A stretch of 64,000 nucleotides of DNA from Syncephalis fuscata S228. Lineage: Eukaryota; Fungi; Zoopagomycota. Below, one piece after another: positions 1 through 15,344 of the stretch. Location of the stretch: the NCBI GenBank assembly GCA_025786725.1, contig JAHLTZ010000019.1, forward strand, positions 248,001 to 312,000, written 5' to 3'. Each line of letters opens with the position of its first letter. The stretch's first letter is position 1. The notes below the pieces were generated by a model. The model did not search any database. It was not told the origin of the DNA and saw nothing but the letters and a program-made list of their open reading frames with translations. Position numbers and translations under genes: made by a program.

Positions 1-218
1 CTGAATGGGAAGGCGAGGCACGGTTTACCAACTATGCTGTATGGCAGGGTACATTAGACTATATTATGCAAGTCATGGATAAAGAATCACAAGATGTAGA
101 ACTACTACGGCTGTTACGACTGCCTGATGAGCACATGTGTAAGCCTGGTCTACCTAATCGAGTTTATTCTAGCGATCATTTATGTATTATGGCGGAATAT
201 GCACTGGCTTCTGAATAA
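1..218 (+). CDS. 3' end of an EEP-family (CCR4/Ngl/Angel-like) nuclease/phosphatase, truncated by the window edge
   Basis: Frame 3 reads ...FTNYAVWQGTLDYIM...GLPNRVYSSDHLCIMAEY...* with TAA at 216-218. TNY, TLDYI and SDH are the C-terminal motifs of CCR4/Ngl-type EEP domains. Confidence 0.85.
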   Translation, partial: EWEGEARFTNYAVWQGTLDYIMQVMDKESQDVELLRLLRLPDEHMCKPGLPNRVYSSDHLCIMAEYALASE

Positions 219-1375
219 ATAATATGAAATATAATAGTAATATTATATCATTATATCATTAATATAATAATATAAATAACATTGTTAATGATATCGTTTA
301 TTTATTAATTAATTGATTATACTATAGTACCAATAAACGATAGTAGTTAGCAATTTAACACTATTGTTTATATTTGTTCAAATATACATATATCTTGGCA
401 TATATTAGCATATAGTTTGTATTTTTTTAAAGCTGTTGTATTCGTTAGTCTACTATGTATTGTCGTTGCAGATCGTGCTACAACATATTATAGAATACCA
501 GCAGTATCAAATTACACTGTTACTGCTGAGATTACATATGCTATTGCCAAATGATCTGTAATAACGATTCATAGCAAAAATAAAGCATAAATGAGATTTT
601 ACAGAATATATTTAGAATAACGTAAAAACAAAACCAGAAATGCACTTATCGTGTCAATAAAGTTGCCAAAAGCAATGATCGGAGTAATGAAGGTCAGATT
701 ACAAAAGAGCAATGCAAGTACATAGTGTAAATAGTGTTTGTACATAACTAGTAGTCAGTCAACTACTGACACTATTTAGATGGTATATATGGAGTGTACA
801 AGTATATGCAATGGATATATGCTATCAAGTGTGAAGAAAGAGAAAGGGAAATGTGATGACGTAGATTGTGAGATGTGAGCCTGTCAGTCAATATTTATAG
901 ACAGATGAGTTAATTGATTAATAAATGGAGTGTAAATAATAAAAGTCAATCTACCCAACATGTCGGTACATCATAGAACAACAAGTAAAGCAATAATGCA
1001 TTAAGAATAAAAGTCATTTGACACCAAAACTACTCATTATCATAGAACATATATTCAGTATACTAACAAATATAATAAAATATAATAAGTCATTTACACC
1101 CAAAAAAACACTCATTATTATAGAACGTAGTTTCAGTATAATGGCGAATGTATTAAAAGAATAAAAGTCATTTGACACCAAAAACCATTAAAATGAAACA
1201 TGTTATTTTTATTGCATTGTATAAAGTAGAACAATGGTTTATATACTAAATAAAAAAGAATTACAATACTGATTCATAATAGACAAGTAATTGACCAACA
1301 GAAAATATACAGCCATCTAAATATTTAAAATGATTAGTATAATGGTTTGTTTGATTGCTAATGAGTACTTACCTT

Positions 1376-3677
1376 TTAATAAAATGGATATTTTTTGAGG
1401 CGGGCCTGTCGGAAAGGCTGCACGCGCTTCGCCGTAGCTTGCACCTTCGGCTTGATAGGGCGCGGACAATTTGGTTGTTGTCGTGAAGGTTTTGGTACCA
1501 GCTGCCGTTGCTTTTTCGCAACTGGTGCCGCCTCCACGGCTGTTGCCACTGTTGCTGCTGGCACCACTGGCGCTACTTCGCCAGTAAACCAGGAACAGGC
1601 CTGCGCCTGCTCGGCTGTAGGCCGAATGTCACTGTTGACATTCAGCAACTGCTTCATTAAGTGAACAGCTGCGAACTATTAGTTATGGTTAATAAAGACA
1701 TGTTTAACTTACCTTGTTCACTTGGCTCGTTTGCTTGTCCGCAGCCAAACGTAACCGAAGATTGAAGTACCTTCTTCATGTACCTCTCCACAATGCCAGT
1801 GTAGCCGTAGGGGCAATTGTCTAAAGATTGGTATATGATAGTTAGTATTGCACTTTGGTTTTGTTTGCACTTACCGAAAAACATTTCGTATAGAGTCGCC
1901 CCTAGACTCCACATGTCGGCCGGCTTCCCACAGCCATCGGCACCCAGCAATGCTGGAGTTAACCGACTTTTGAGAAGTGGGTCTCTGCTTATGATCGAAA
2001 GCAAAGACTCGCGCTTGTCGGTCCCAAATAGCACCTCTGGTGCCATGTAGGAAACTGTGCCACCACAAGTGTACACAGCTGAGGACGAGCGCAAGATATG
2101 CGCTAGCCCAAAGTCGGTGTAAACGACTTTGACGTCCTCCCGACCCTCTAGCATTAAGATGTTGCTAGGCTATTTAGATGTTAATAGTGATTTTAATATT
2201 AAATAAACTGCTTACTTTGATATCTATTAATAATAGTAATAGCAATAATAACGACAATTAGTAGTTGCATTAATAAATACATTAATGCCTTACCTCGATG
2301 GATAATGTTTTTACTGTGAAGGAACTAATAAAGCGTTAGTGTTTAATTAGTATTTTATAGTGATAATATCTACCTCAATTCCTTCAAGCAATTGTTTAAA
2401 GATATTTTTTATTTCCATCTCTGGAAGCGACTTGTGATGCTGGATGTAATGTTCTAAATTACCACCCGCCACGTACTGAAGAATTAAGTACGTATTGGTG
2501 GGGGTAATTTCGTTTCCCAACATCTTTATAACGCGTGGATGGTTGCCCACACGTTTCATAGCGGCAACTTCGTTTTTAAAGCTGCGGATACTACCAACAG
2601 CTGACGAAATTTTGACCGCGACGCGCTCGCGCGTCCTACGGTCCCGCCCCAAACGAACGGTACCAAAAGCGCCCCTATTGCAAACAATTGATTAGTTATT
2701 TAACTAGTTTGCTTAATTCAAATACTTACCGTCCAATGATTTCTGCAGTAATCATATAGCGCGAACCAACTCTCTGTAATAATAATAAACGTGGTATGTT
2801 AGCACTATTTAACTATATTTGTAAACTTACCTGTCGAAAAAGAGAGCTATTCTCGATCAGGGTAGGTGCAGTGTATTTAATTAAATAAACGATAAATACA
2901 GCTGTTATAAATTGTTAGAAATGATAATGCTGTATGACTATTACTTACTGTCACTGCCAGGGATTTCAATAAGACAATCCCGGCAACTCGCGTGGATTCA
3001 CCAGCGCGCAGCTCAACACCATTGACTAAACTAAATGTTAACAGTTTACTCATTACTCTTTATTTGAACTAACCTATTAGCACTGACAGTTTAGTGTTCT
3101 AAACTGATGATTAGTAATAAAAATTTTAACTGGTTATTTGCCTACCTTGCAATTAATGGTGTCATATTGCTATTTTAATTCATACTTAGTATTTACTTAT
3201 TAAAATCTATATTTTACCTACCACTAGAAATTGGAAGCAATACTTAGACATGAGCTTAGAATTAAACTGATAGTCGCTATGCAACATACACATACACAAT
3301 TTTAGTTCTCTGATATATGTATATTGTCGCTAAATAGTTACCACTGTATATCGGATCCAACGAGGAATTTTTTAGTGCCAACCAATCTAATTCCTAAATA
3401 AAACCATTTAGCTAAACATATATACTCAGTATCAGTTCGACGTACCTTCATAGTCTGGGTCGTAAATTTCAACCCAGGCCTTAGTGGATTCGTGCTGCTC
3501 CGTACTCAAATCATTCCAGCAATCTGGAACGTTCGAGTATGCCAAATCTTCATCATGTAGAAGACTTGGCGCCAGTTCAGTAAAAGCTGCAGTTGCAGCA
3601 GAAGTGGCAGAACGCGACGTAGAAATGATCGCGTTAGGTAGCGGACTAAAAGCTTGTTCGTCCTTAGAACAGGTCAT
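1376..3677 (-). CDS. FHA-domain Ser/Thr protein kinase (Cds1/Dun1/Mek1-like), about 12 exons
   Basis: Spliced motifs IGRGAFGTV, VAVK, HRDIKPSN, DFG, GTVSYMAPE, DMWSLG and RPTAEQA. N-terminal small exons read FLVGSDIQCD...VNGV (FHA-like). TATATAAAA lies at about 3961-3969. The frame is uncertain in the FHA part. Confidence 0.8.
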
Positions 3678-4699
3678 GATGGATAAAGGCGTTAATACAA
3701 ATGAGAAAATAAACAATTCTTCAAGTGAAAGTGAAGGTTCAAGTAGAGTGATAGCATAAAGTAAAGTGAAAAGATTCAACGCGTTATTTAATTAATAAAT
3801 TTAAAGACACACAATAATACAATATTAGTCAGTATTGAAGATAATATAACAATAGTATACTTTATTGTACAATTAATAGCATTATACTTGTAGTATGTTC
3901 TGCTTACTGATGCTATAGCTCAGTCCTAAGCTGTATGGCAAACTATTGTGCATATCGGTATTTTATATAGTCACTTGGCAAGCATGCATGTGCCACACAT
4001 ACTGGTTTTCATGTTGGCCTTTGCAGTCAATATGGTTACGTGTTTATTCCTGTTTTTACTTCATAGCTTTAACGGACTTTGTAATGTAATATGAACAACG
4101 TGTATTTTATTTCTATTTAGTAGCATTGAAACTCAATCGGTGAATTATGTTATAGACCATATTTCTAAAGAAAAGTAGTCATTTTTATTTAACTAATACA
4201 GTAATAAATTGTGTGGATCGATTAATCTAATTGTGTGCGAATGGCAAGAATACTTGGGGAAAGCAAAAATACCCGCTAGACCCTGAAAATATTGATAGCA
4301 TCGGAAAGAGCCGCTATTATAGTGGTACAACTGATTAAGAATGGTTGCATTTGGCTATGTTTCAGTTGTATTGGCCAATTGATTCAACTAGCCAGTGTAG
4401 ATATGCTGATTATGCGCGGAAATGACCGGCAAATGGAAGGCAAAAAGTGAGCAAATATGGAAATAAGGAAGGGATTATAATCCAATTTACTGATAAGATG
4501 GTATCTGCATTAGAAGGTTTCAGTCAGTTGCAATACGCCAATGAACAGTTGCCACATACTATTTACCAATATTGTCCATTCTAATTGGTAGATATGTTTT
4601 GGGCAATTTTATAAGGCTGTGTTGAGATTACTTTTGCTCATTACCTCGCCTTCTTCTGTTTCTAGTTGTTAATGTGCTGTAAACGCTTGTTAATGGAAG

Positions 4700-5270
4700 C
4701 ATCTGTTCTAGTAGTTACATCCAGTGGTGTGTGGTCCCTTGTTGGTTGATCACGATATACTGTGTTCTTACTTGTGAGCTGTGTTGAATGTGCAATACAG
4801 TATTTGCAGACTGCTGTTTATACTGGCTCAACAATTATATGACTGCCCGTAATAGGCGGCTGTATACTAGTGTAGTGCGGAGATATGTGGGATGCTGGAG
4901 CGTGCAGTAATAGGGCATAAGTCGGTATTGCTGCACGCTCTCTCATGGGGGCGCTAGGGCGACAGTATTAGACTAATATCGCTCTATGCCCCTCCTGTAA
5001 AGGCTAGAGCATGCAGTAACAGTATTTAGCAAGTCAGTTATTGCTGCGTGTTTCCTTCATATGGATGCGGCGATCTGTAATGGGTGGCCATATGTTAGTG
5101 CTCACCTGTTTGTAACGCGCGCTGGAGGTGTGTTGGTAGTGTTCAACTTGCTGAACACTGCAATCACGCACTAGATTGGTGTGATATGTGAATGCCTGTA
5201 ATAGATGGACATATATTGTACTGTTTATTTGTGGGTGTTGTTGAATGAATCACAGTATAGTAGCGGTCTC
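4700..5270 (+). other. Cluster of tandem stem-loops (candidate structured RNA or ssDNA element)
   Basis: At least 8 consecutive hairpins, e.g. GAGCGTGCAGTAATA/TATTGCTGCACGCTC (about 4898-4941), 4947-4993, 5007-5052, 5113-5134, 5139-5159 and 5163-5185. Confidence 0.55.
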
Positions 5271-6394
5271 AAATATCCTTTAATGCTCTACCGCCGTCGT
5301 AAAGTGTGCAAAGGTAGTGAATCTCTATAGGTTTAGCAACCGAACGTTAAATGGTATTCTGCGGCTGGTTACGACGTGGCAAAGACTGCACTATATTGTG
5401 ATCTCATAATGACATATCAGCATATGGCATGTGTTGTTTAGTTGTAGTATGTTGTAGTACTCATATGTGTTGGCTTTACACACTAACTACAAATGGGTGA
5501 ATCCGTAGTTTAGTGCTGCTTATTGCTTCACTTGAATTACTACATTATATTATAACATATTAAACAACATCATCATCCTGATGGTGATTAATATAAGCTA
5601 TGTGCATCTGACAAATGTTACTTACGCCCAAGTCGTAGTACTGTCGGTACTCCTGGTGGACGCATAGTTTCTATATTAAATGCTATCTTGATTAGCAACT
5701 TTCAACAACATTTTAATTTATTTATTGTATTGTATAACAACTAGTAATAATATTAAACAAAAAACAACCATGCTATATGTACACTATAAACTATACACGA
5801 ACAACAATCAATTAGGTGTAGGCACTTTATAATACTAAACAATACTAACAAACATTTGTTATAGTCATTCAAACATTGGTATCGGGACGACAAATATATC
5901 CGGATTGCACTTTTCATCATTCGCCAGCATTTTTGCATGTGGCTTACAATACCAATTATCGCCTTTATTGGTACAAGTATCAATAGTAGTACTATGTATT
6001 GCTGTTAATGCTATCACTTGACGTGGTTTTCCAACTGGTGGGAATATGTATTCATTTGGTTTTTTATCCAGCCAAGTGTTAGCTGGTATTATTGCGCACT
6101 TTAATTGTGTTAGTTAAATAAACAAAGTGGCAGTGGTGGCAAAGAGGGAGTTATGTATATTAAACTAAAATAATCCCAATAAAGTGTATAATGTGTTTAG
6201 TGAGACGACATAATATTGTAGTGTTAACTCTGTTACTGTTGTTTATAGTTTATCGTACTTTTGAAATTCGAGTTGCATTATATTTGCTTAATTAAAAAGC
6301 TATTGGCATGTAGATAACTAGAATAAATACACTAGATACGACTATCACTACACTGTTTATTTAAACAATTTATTAGCAATTTAATATGATTTGA

Positions 6395-6785
6395 TAGTCA
6401 AATGACTATAATCGATAGCATTATTCTATTGAACATAGAACTGGGCGGTGAGTGACATCAATAATCAAAATAATCACTATCACTATCCTGTATTCATATA
6501 TCTTCTATCTATTTATATAAATATTATATGTCAATCATATTTTGTTTTTATAGACTTGAGCACACTTTATTAATTGTAATCACACACTCTTCATTATTTA
6601 TTTATTCTACTATATATTATTTAATGACTAATTGAAATTGCTCTAATTCAAACTATTGTTTGTTTAGTAATAGCTCTATACATTGGAAATTTATACTTAT
6701 TTTATTTATTAACTTAAATTATCAAACTCACTATTCCATTTTATCTTCAATAAAACGGGTGGTTAGTTTAATTGCACAAATATTG
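6395..6785. mobile_element. Degenerate MITE-like unit of the dispersed module family
   Basis: + module (TAGTCAAATGACTA...CTATTGAACAT...GGTGAGTGACATCAAT) at 6396-6480 and an inverted module end (TTCAATAAAACGGGTGGTTAGTTTAATTGCACAAATATT) at about 6746-6784. Confidence 0.5.
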
Positions 6786-7506
6786 CCTATACTCATTTGA
6801 TTCCTAAATCATGTTAAATTACGTTGCAATTTTGCTTTTAAGAGTTTTAACTTAATGGCCAAGCAGCACCATATTCTAGCATTATTGCATGGTGTTGGAC
6901 TTGCTACTTGTTAACGATTACCTTAATGTTCAGAATAAAACATGTTGGTGAGTCAATATTGATTTAGTAATAATAATTTAGATATAATAAACGGAATAGC
7001 TTGCATGATACTATGAGTAATAAAGTAAAACTAGAAATCAAGTATATTTTATTGATACTAAATAAGGCTACTGCTTTGTAGTAGGCATAACTAATAGTAA
7101 AACCAAATGCTTGGTATTACACCATCAATGCAATGTTATTAGTCCGTAAAAACAAGTATTTACTGGTTATATTATTGTAATAATTTTTTATTTTTAGTAG
7201 TCGGTGCTGATATCCAATAGTGTATTATTCTTATGATCAATCATATGTGCTCTTAACAAACCACTCAACAACACAGTGTAATGCTTGGTTGTATTTCATA
7301 ACAATACAATCATCATATGGTTGTAATACTTTATTTTTAATAGCTATCACCGCAGTAAAATGACGACATGGCACTAGTTTATAAATTTAAATATAAAAAT
7401 TATTGCATTAATGCCACGATAGTATGCACCAATATTGAAAGAGTACTTTTAATGTAATTAGATGACATGACTTAATGTATGTAAGTTAAAAAACAATAGT
7501 AGTTGT

Positions 7507-9266
7507 TTAACTAATAAACTGTTGACAATAATATGTATAACTTTACGTATAATAAAGCAGATCGCCTAATATTTTGCACAAGTACGCGTATAACATATAA
7601 ATGATTATTGGCAATGTAATGATTTTGATAATACGCTAATAAATGTCTAAAAATAACAGTTTTTTTACCATTTATGGCTTACATAAATAAAATACAGCAA
7701 AATGATTGCCAGATTTGAGTTATCCATGCTAGTTATACAAATTGGCATAAAAAATAAAACAATGATTTTTGCAACAAAAGTTGACCAAAAATACAAATTA
7801 CGTATGTTTAATTTACTTAGTAAAACATTGATAATATTACGTATAACTTTACATATAATCAAGTAAATTGTCTGATACTTTGTACAGTTATGCATATGAC
7901 ATATAGATGGCTATTGGCAAAGTATACCGCTATTGTGTTGTGTGATGATGTAGTAATTGTAGTAATACGCTAATAAATGTACAAAAATAGCAGTTTTTTA
8001 TCATTCATGCCCATATAATTAAAATACGGCAAAATGATTATTGGATTCAAGTTCTCCATGCTAGTTATACTGACTAGTATGATTTATAGAACAATGATTT
8101 TTGCACAAAATGTTAGTCAAAAATACAGTTACGTATGTTTAATTTACTTAGTAAAACATTGATAATATTACGTATAACTTTACTATAATCAAGTAAATTG
8201 TCTGATATTTTGTACAGTTATGCATATGACATATAGATGCTATTGGCAAAGTATACCGCTATTGTGTTGTGTGATGATGTAGTAATTGTAGTAATACGCT
8301 AATAAATGTACAAAAATAGCAGTTTTTTATCATTCATGCCCTATATAATTAAAATACGGCAAAATGATTATTGGATTCAGTTCTCCATGCTTAGTTATAC
8401 TGATTGGTATGATTTATAGAACAATGATTTTTTGCAAAAAATGTTGGCCAAAAATGTAATTTATGTAATATTTGTTAACAAAACTTTACTTTATATATAT
8501 GACATAAATTGCCATCATACATTAATGTTTATGCATATTAAGCTGCTGTTGTGCTTATTTTATTGCTGTGAATGCTTAGATTTACTTTATATCATTTTTC
8601 ACCTTTAATCGTTTTTATGTTAACAAATAATTACATAAATTACATTTTTGGCCAACATTTTTTTGCAAAAAATCATTGTTCTATAAATCATACCAATCAG
8701 TATAACTAAGCATGGAGAACTCGAATCCAATAATCATTTTGCCGTATTTTAATTATATAGGGCATGAATGATAAAAAACTGCTATTTTTGTACATTTATT
8801 AGCGTATTACTACAATTACTACATCATCACACAACACAATAGCGGTATACTTTGCCAATAGCCATCTATATGTCATATGCATAACTGTACAAAGTATCAG
8901 ACAATTTACTTGATTATATGTAAAGTTATACGTAATATTATCAATGTTTTACTAAGTAAATTAAACATACGTAATTTGTATTTTTGGTCAACTTTTGTTG
9001 CAAAAATCATTGTTTTATTTTTTATGCCAATTTGTATAACTAGCATGGATAACTCAAATCTGGCAATCATTTTGCTGTATTTTATTTATGTAAGTCATAA
9101 ATGGTAAAAAAAACTGTTATTTTTAGACATTTATTAGCGTATTATCAAAATCATTACATTGCCAATAATCATTTATATGTTATACACATACTTATGCAAA
9201 ATATTAGGCGATCTGCTTTATTATACGTAAAGTTATACATATTATTGTCAACAGTTTATTAGTTAA
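7507..9266. repeat. Foldback palindrome made of about 330-bp tandem subunits (3 forward, 2 inverted, spacer about 140 bp)
   Basis: About 7507-8480 matches the reverse complement of about 8618-9266. ORFs 7665-7895(-) and 8877-9107(+) translate identically. The internal unit repeats at about 7820 and 8150. Confidence 0.9.
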
Positions 9267-10759
9267 ATAAGCACTATTTTTTTTACTTCAAATTCCATTG
9301 CATTTACCGTATTGTTACAGCTCTAACTAAAAGACTACAACTTAAATAACGAAGCAATACTTTATCCTACAATCTTAATTTCTGATACTTATTAAAGCTT
9401 ATCTTAACGCCCAAAATATATATGTTGATTGGTTGTATTGATTTATAATAAACTTATTGGTCATTAATCATCACAGTTTAACTATAATAAACTAAATAAC
9501 TTGTATGACACTGAGTAGAAATAAGATTGAACTAGAAACGATCATTTTCTTTATTGATACTAATAAAAATATTGCTTTTACTATTTGATCATCAATGTAG
9601 CATATCAGTTCGTGTGACTCCTCATATGTGCACAAATAACAAGTCGTCACTCATTATATTTTCGTAATAATCATTTGTTGTTAATAATCAATGTCAATAT
9701 TCCATATACATTATTCTTGCTATCCATTGCATATAACTTTAACACATCATCCAAAAAAATGTAATGTATTTCTTAGTCACACTTTTACAATACTTTATTC
9801 ATGAGATGAAAATAGTAACGATATAAGCATTAATGTTTATGCTGATAAATGTTTTTATTATAAAAATGCATCATAATTTTTACAATAAACTATATACACG
9901 TAGTGCTTTCATGTATTTATTGGCTGTATTTTTGGTGTGCATTTTTGTTGTAAATAATTACAATGCAATAAGTATGTACGCAATATATTAATATTTAATG
10001 AGACTGAACCATTGACATGCTCCTCCAAACATATTCTACAATAACTACAATGATGGCATATGTCACAGTATGCAGATAAAACTTTGTATAATTATTACAC
10101 TGTATTATATACAAACTGCATTGTTCTGATACTCTATTGTGTTGTATTTATTGTTGGATAAATAATTATTTTATTAATAAAAAGCAATACTTCCTCTTTT
10201 ACGCAACTTCTTAATTGTATTTTCTTTTCAAGTTTTGTATTTAATTATACCATTTCTACTTGATGTTAAATTATTATGCAATGCTTGAATTGCTAGTGCA
10301 AGCAAGAAAGGCGCATCTGTAGATGACGTTGACAAATCACGTGGTAATGAAAGACACCGCAATACATCTGGAGAAGCTAGCCTTTTTTAAAGCCATTTAA
10401 TCTATTTATAAAAATACAACTAAGTCAGAAGCGCAACAACAATATGATAAAACGGTAAGATTTATTGAAAGGGTAGGGCATTCAATGAATAGCTGCCAAA
10501 AACATTCTAGCGTAAAAAATGTCTTCGACAGGCTTTTGAAGATGAATACGACAAAGCTAATTCACACTGTATTTGGTTTCAAAGCACATTGAAGATATTC
10601 CTTACGTCAGTTCGTTTCTAACATTTAATCATAAATATTTCTTTATTCACACTATCGAATAAAGTTTAATTTTATAATTGATACAACATGAGTTTATGAT
10701 AACAAAATAACTAATAAATAATTTATTAACAGTTTAATATGGCTTGGATGCAAATTTTA

Positions 10760-11976
10760 TTAATATCTGCGCAATTGAGCTAACATCCGCTTTATGAACA
10801 TGAAATCAAGTAACAAGTGACACCAGTTATTGCAACATTACATGTAGTGTAATTTGAGTTCAAATTACTTTTCTTTAGTAATATTCGCGTAACTGAATCA
10901 GCATTATTGTTGATGAACATGAAACTGAATGGTGAATGGCATTAAAGTTTAAAATGCTTATTATGAATTTATTATTTAATACATATATACATATATATCA
11001 TTCTCAATATGTCCCACACTACTATATATTATTTTACGATATACTAAACACATTCTATTGTTTATATGTTCCGATATACTTTACTCATTTCTCTCATTCC
11101 GTTATATGCACTATAACCTCAACACCGATTATCATACACTTTCCATTGTATATTTATTCTAATGCATATTATTTCATGCTTGCATAATCTTTCTCTATCC
11201 AAAACTATTTTTATTTTGCTCTGGCTTTATCCTTAATAAATGTCGACTAATTCCACTCATTGATCATGCATATCTACTCAATAACTTCAACATTGCTAAT
11301 TACTGTTCAATATTGTACATTCGTTATATTGCATATCATTTTATTGGTTATTAAATATGCACTAGTTATTGCAGTTGTCCGTTTGGTTCTAGCACTGTTA
11401 TTAATAAATCTTAACTCATTCACCTCATTCATTTAGCAAGCTATATGTAATTAAAACCTATAACAATAAAATATGTCTATTAGGTCAAGAATGGCTTATA
11501 GCAGTATGTGTATACAATAGGGATGATATATATGAATAGAGAGTATATGCATACTGAACAACAAATCTACGATGGTGAGTATTTGATAATTAACGTCACT
11601 CACCATCCATCATCATGTTCAATACATTGGATGTGTAGTTCAAATGTACAAATACCATTAAATATAGTCATTTAACACCAATCATAGTATAGTTAAATAA
11701 TTTACTATTCAATAAAACTCACCACTTGGTCCCATGTTCAATAGATTGAGTGTCTAGTTTAATTGCGCGGATATTATCAAGTACAGTTATTAGATTACTA
11801 CTATTGAATGGCATGCTATTATTTATGTGACTGGCACTGCCACATAATTATCTTTCTCTGCCTTCTGTATTCTTATACTTTTTGTTCTGTCGTCGCTTTT
11901 GTGGCCATTCTTACATATATCACATTAATTAAATAGTATTTATTTTATTCATGTTTTATTTAGCTTATATTTTAAT
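10760..11976. mobile_element. Dispersed repeat / MITE-like element with nested inverted modules
   Basis: + modules at about 10763 and 10885; - modules at about 11545-11680 and 11716-11775. 11084-11976 is a near-identical inverted copy of 23431-24321, and its first part is a direct copy of 49238-49779. Confidence 0.85.
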
Positions 11977-12191
11977 TCGGTTTAGCAAAATAAGAAAAAA
12001 TACTAATACTGTATTGATTCACTTTAGTTGCACTGCCCTTTTCTTTTCTAAAGATAACCAATGCGAAATGGGTTGGGTTTTATTTAAAAGCTAGACAAAG
12101 ATGATGCAATAATGCCAACGGCTTCGATTGCTTATGATGATAAAGTAATTAAGGAAATAGCAGGACATGATGAATAGCGCACAAAGGATGC

Positions 12192-14714
<2,523 letters not shown>

Positions 14715-15344
14715 GTCTAAATCAATTATTGATCTTTTCGTATCGAGACTTGTCAAACAACACACTACTTTAAAGTGCTATTCTGTATAATCTACACAAC
14801 ATTATATGTTAATCAGTATGGAATTGCAAGTGTTTCAAGTTAATCTCATCTTTAGCGTCAGTGCAAAATGAAACACTATAAGATTGGCTAAAGCATAAAC
14901 AATACTACATAGCACCGCCGTTACACATGTACTGCCTTGGTCTATGCAGACAAGAAATAAAAGCATGATATCGCTTATTAGCCTACCTTTAATAAATGTA
15001 TGATAAAGCCGTAGTGATGATGACAGCAGTAATAAAGATGGTTCAAGCAATGCTTCACAATTCTAATCAATCTTAGTAAAACTAAAATAGAGAAGATGGC
15101 ACTCGATGGAGTTTGTCAAGTGATGATAAGAGAGAAAGACCGAGAGAAGAGAAAGGAGAAAACGGAAAACGGAAAACAGAAAAAAGAATTGATTGGTGTT
15201 TAGTATTGAAAATAAAGTGTATTAGATCCACTAATATCTGTTTGATTAGTATCAAATTTATGCGTATAAATAGTTGTGTATTTGTATAGCAAATACATCA
15301 ATGTTCTATTATCGTTTATACGAAATAAACTATATTATGCTTTT

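Noticed and set aside
220-12000. Autonomous transposase, helicase or reverse transcriptase gene in the islands
   Set aside because: No DDE, Rep/HUH, helicase, tyrosine recombinase or RT motifs appear in any listed ORF.
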